Of a DNA stretch of 64,000 nt, positions 59,841 through 64,000 are shown in pieces (position 1 is the first letter of the stretch; every line of letters begins with the position of its first letter). This DNA comes from Tricharina praecox (taxonomy: Eukaryota), in NCBI RefSeq assembly GCF_024521635.1, contig NW_026250407.1:310001-374000 (forward strand), in the 5' to 3' direction. Under the pieces are notes generated by a model that was not told the DNA's origin, searched no databases, and worked only from the letters and a program-made list of their open reading frames with translations. The translations under genes were made by a program, and so were the position numbers.

Positions 59841-60029
59841 TTCATCTTCCCGCTCCCTTAGCTCCCACTCAGACAACTCGCTTGCTGCATCTTCCTCAGC
59901 GGCTTCCGGGATCCACCTGCCTACACCGGTGGTGGCGAGGAAGCCCAAGATGGCCTGGCTGCACCGCTGGTCTGTGAAAAGGTCTCGGACCGTGAAGCGA
60001 TCCTTACCCTTCCTCGTCTCCTTCCGGAC
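59841..60029 (-). mobile_element. 5'-truncated non-LTR retrotransposon (LINE) ORF2 C-terminal fragment
   Basis: A minus-strand frame absent from the ORF track reads VRKETRKGKDRFTVRDLFTDQRCSQAILGFLATTGVGRWIPEAAEEDAASELSEWELRERE. This resembles the 'ILxFLxxTxVG' tail of fungal Tad1-type LINE ORF2. Confidence 0.7.
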
Positions 60030-62958
60030 GATCGGAACGCATACTCCCTAATAGTTTTAAGGCACGGTAGGAGGGCGAGCGATTGATTGAGACTGTCATT
60101 TTCACCCGACAGAGGGAGAATAGGTGCCAATGGAATGAGTTGATAGGGAGTAGATTGAGAACAGTAGCTATAGCCGCTAACTGACCAGCGACTTCCCCAA
60201 CTTCCTCCACTTCCCCCACTGTCTTTCCCTACCATCTCCGGCTTTCCTCCAGTCTAGAAAAACGTCCATGCATCGCAACGCCGTCCGAATGTGGGGTCTC
60301 GACTTTGTATTCTAATCATCCAATGCAGGTAACTACAACCCACAGCGGGAAGCCCAATGATCCGTCCGTAGCCGTGGGCTGCGCGAAGGTGGACTGTCAA
60401 GTTCGGTCTTTTCAGATCGAGATCAGCTGTTCCGTTGGCATCCGGGATACGGGGCTGCTGGAAGTGCTCGCTCGGTGGCTGTGTTACCATCGCGGGGCCT
60501 GTGGACAATGGCTAGTATCGTCGCCTCCCTGTTCCTGCCCGATGTTGGAACTGTGGGCCACCAGTGTACATTGTATGTACATGTATGCGAGGACGAGCGG
60601 CCTGAAGATGACAGAGACGCCATAGGGCGGATGGGTGGTTCTCCATGGTGGCTGGTTGGAAATTGTAGCCGATTTTCACCGTCAAGAGGAGAACAACCGG
60701 TGCGTAGGGAGGGAAGTCATTTGATTGATTCCATCGTGGAGATCCGGCTATGACTTACTTGTACATATGCATACCACAGCTTCTGCCTCCATCTCCACCA
60801 ACCTAGGAAACCATATGCGGTAAACTGAAGTTCCCAGGTTGCTGCTGATGTAGATGGTCGGCTTGGCTTGTATATCTTATGTATAGCATGAGCACGTTCC
60901 TGTCAGATCAGAGTACCTATGTACTCGTGAATCGTGATTTGTTGGTGCCCGTTTGGGCGTATTTGGAATGTCTTGGGCGATATATGAAGATATCCCGCAA
61001 TCCTGCTTCAGAAACCGTAAGCGTTGATTTGAAGCTAAGGTGCTCCCGCTGCTGATGGATGCCTTAGATGATAGCGATAACAGCTTAAGCACAGCCTAGG
61101 CTCACAGAATTCCAGAGTCATGGGCCTCAATCGTGGGCAATTCTTAGCGGGCTCCACATCCATCTCTTGGTATGTATAGTGTGTAGTAGATGTCGATATT
61201 CAAGGCTTATGATCGATCACTCGCTCGGCTGAGCTCATCCGGTGCAATTTTACCCGCACGTACCTTGCAACGGTAGATGAAATGTCTCCCACCGGAGCGT
61301 CGTGTAACTACCAAGTACTCAACTTCGTCAGCATTCATCTATTCTGCTTACCCAATGCCCTAGTAGGCGTAACACAAATCTACCGTCTCGATACTCGTAT
61401 CAGCGCTCGGCGCTCGGAATCGGGTTGCTCACCCCATATCCCCCATGAGCTGGAATGCGCAGCACGACCTCAGAGATTATGTGATACCCTCGGGCTGTTC
61501 GCTGTCCGAGCCCTGTCTCCACTACCGACGTTATATGCAGGAACGTTAGCCGGTGGCGGGAGTCTGACTTGCCGGATCCTACTGCGGCTAATCCTAACCG
61601 ATGGCCATGGGGGCGGGTCCGCTAGCATGCAGACTGCAACCTAGGCGACGGCCCCACGGGAAGGGTACATATCCTACATGCCTTTAGCATCCCATAAATC
61701 AGAGAGTTTCGGTCGGAGGCGGGAAAGAACGCCACCGCTGAAAGGGTGGACCGATGTCGTCTATCGTGGACTAGGACGAGGAAACAGCCGTCTCTCGATT
61801 GCCCTAGCTTCCGTTGCAGCGTGCAAACCTGTAGGCGGCGGACAGCCATCCGAGTCATGGATATTGAGCCGGTAGGTACTCTCCAATTCCGTTTGTCGCG
61901 GTCACAACCACAACCTGATTGGTGCAGTAGATGGTACCTATGTGAGCGCACACATGCCGGCGAACACTTGTGCTTCTGTCAGTATAGGTAGTACATCTTG
62001 GCGGGCATCCGCTGGGTATAGGATTGTATGCTCATCTCGATCATCTGTCTGCGGGCGGAGAACTGCCGGGTGACTCAATGAGCACCTGGGAGGAACAAAC
62101 CTGCTCGCATCGGTGGGGGGAAACGTGCGCCAGTCAACCTTGGCCACCGCAATTCGGAAACTCCGAAGATTCGGATGGTGGTCAGATCCAGATGCCCCCT
62201 TCCCTCCCGGGGAACAAGTGCGCACAGTTGGTTGGCTGACACCGGAAACCCGACGAGGTTGTTCCTGCCGGGGGGTTTCTTGGAACGTGCACCGTGAGTA
62301 ATCCGAAAAGCGGGGGGCTCGGTTTGCCGGGTCTGTTATCGATACGAAGGGCATCTGCGGCCTGGATGCATATTCTCCACGAACACCACCACGCTGTAGG
62401 TGGCGGGTGAGTCCTTACCAGCCTCCATCCGCCCGGATCCGTGATGTCGAGTGAGTGCAAGGACGAGTGTCAGCTGCTGCGAGATATTAATCGTTCGAAC
62501 CGAACGCGGGGTCCACCTGTGGCTAAGGATAGCATATTTTGTACCTGGGGATGAGGTGAGGTAACAGGTTGCATTGGCGATCCATGGATGGAGGACGGGT
62601 TGCAACTGGAGTCTTGACAGGGTATCGTATCGTGGCCAGTGTTCCCACGAGCCGAGCGCCGCCGCCGTTGCGATCGGCCCGTAGTTAAGTCTGTGTCACC
62701 ACCGTATCGCAACTCTACACCTGCATGCACAGAGAGCTTATTGTAGCTGGACAAACAGCTATTGGACGACTAAACAACTAACAACGTGAAGATCTCATTG
62801 CTGAGTGCCTCGTTCAAGTCGACCGGCCGAGTGGATATAAAAGCGAACCACTACCTCCCCATCCAAAGGTACATCTTCACCCAGCTCGCTCCCGTCCTTC
62901 ACAGCAACTCCTAGAGCCCACTCACATAATCCAAAGCTCCACCTCCAAAACCGCAATC

Positions 62959-63637
62959 ATGAAGACCTCCAGCATCCTCTCCGCCCTCTTCCTCGCTGCC
63001 GCCGCCAGCGCCGCGCCCATGCCACAGGAGGAGGATGGCTGCATCCTCCCGCAGGTCATCTACAGCACGCTGGATTACGAGTTCAAGCTTGTAGCCGCCA
63101 ACTCCGGCGACGCCTCGATCGACGGCAAGACGCTCTCGTTCGTGCCTACCGGGGCCGCCGCCACCTACGATGTTGGCATCCACGCCGCGGGCACACCGAT
63201 CAACACCACGCTCGTCGACAACAACCTGATCCTCGACGTCGGTTCGGGCATCAAGGCCTACATCGTCACCCCCCGCGACAAGCCTGCGTTCCGCGAGATC
63301 GAGTTCTCGTCGGCCGCCACCGCCATCCCCGCCACGTACGAGGCGTACCCGGCGTGCATCGACGGCACCGGCGAGATCGTCATCAGGCCGTCGGGCGATG
63401 ATGATGGACAGGGTTCGTAATCCCCACTCCTGCGCATGAGGGATGTTACTGATGATGTGATAGTGTTCTGCGTCCACCCCGTCGCGGATAGTGCGACCGA
63501 ATACGGCCTGTGGGTCAAGGGCGATGGCTCGTGTACGTCTTCTATCCATCCGATTACCCCTTCCTAAATTATCTGCTAACCTCCGGCCTTTAGCTCCCGC
63601 TTGCATCGAGATCACGGTGGTGGCAATCCAGGAGTAA
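62959..63637 (+). CDS. Small secreted protein (signal peptide, 4 Cys), 3 exons
   Basis: MKTSSILSALFLAAAASA|AP signal; TATAAAA at 62836. Downstream exons FCVHPVADSATEYGLWVKGDG and PACIEITVVAIQE* (TAA 63635-63637) are joined by short GT-AG introns. Confidence 0.85.
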
Positions 63638-64000
63638 GGGACAATACTCAAACAACTGGCAACAAAACAACGAATATTCAAGTGCTTGTACCTAATGCTT
63701 GTACCTGCTTGATCTCTCTGGCTACTGCTGTATAGCCTCCTATTAGTCTTTCATCTTAATGTTTATGTATTCGGAATGGAATGAAAATAATTTCTCGATG
63801 ATAATGCTACCTATTGGTTTCCGGAACATGCGAGTACCAAACACAATGGCCAAGTGAACAGCGAAACACAGCGGAATTGCCGGGCACATTGAAAACGCTT
63901 GTGACCTGTTACCTATGAAACGCTCGCTTCGCCCGCTGTATCTGTCTTTCCAGCTCTTTGCTCACAGTTTTTGAATAACGGTTCTTATGTAGTCAGTCGG

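Overview
This is fungal (filamentous ascomycete, probably Pezizales-like) nuclear DNA with short spliceosomal introns, so the raw ORF track fragments most genes. The first 28.3 kb is gene-dense. In order it holds OLA1/YchF, a head-to-head pair of a fungal AAA+ ATPase and a NACHT (NLR-like) gene, a 2-hydroxyacid/glyoxylate reductase, a small Rrt14-like gene, a conserved membrane protein, tubulin cofactor E, TIM44, a repeat-rich Cys-tailed orphan, CLF1, a divergent Arf-like GTPase and CWF19. From 28.3 to 55.2 kb is a ~27 kb microsatellite-rich gene desert with one Zn(II)2Cys6 transcription factor, preceded by a ~2.4 kb ATG-depleted leader. The last 9 kb holds an F-box pseudogene, nested inverted-repeat elements, a LINE 3' fragment, possible HET/WD40 relics and a small secreted protein. 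The best leads are the AAA-ATPase/NLR pair, the two GC-AG introns in the splicing factor CLF1, the long TF leader, and an unclassified ~200-270 bp repeat family around the TF. Family assignments come from motif recognition by eye; no database search was run.
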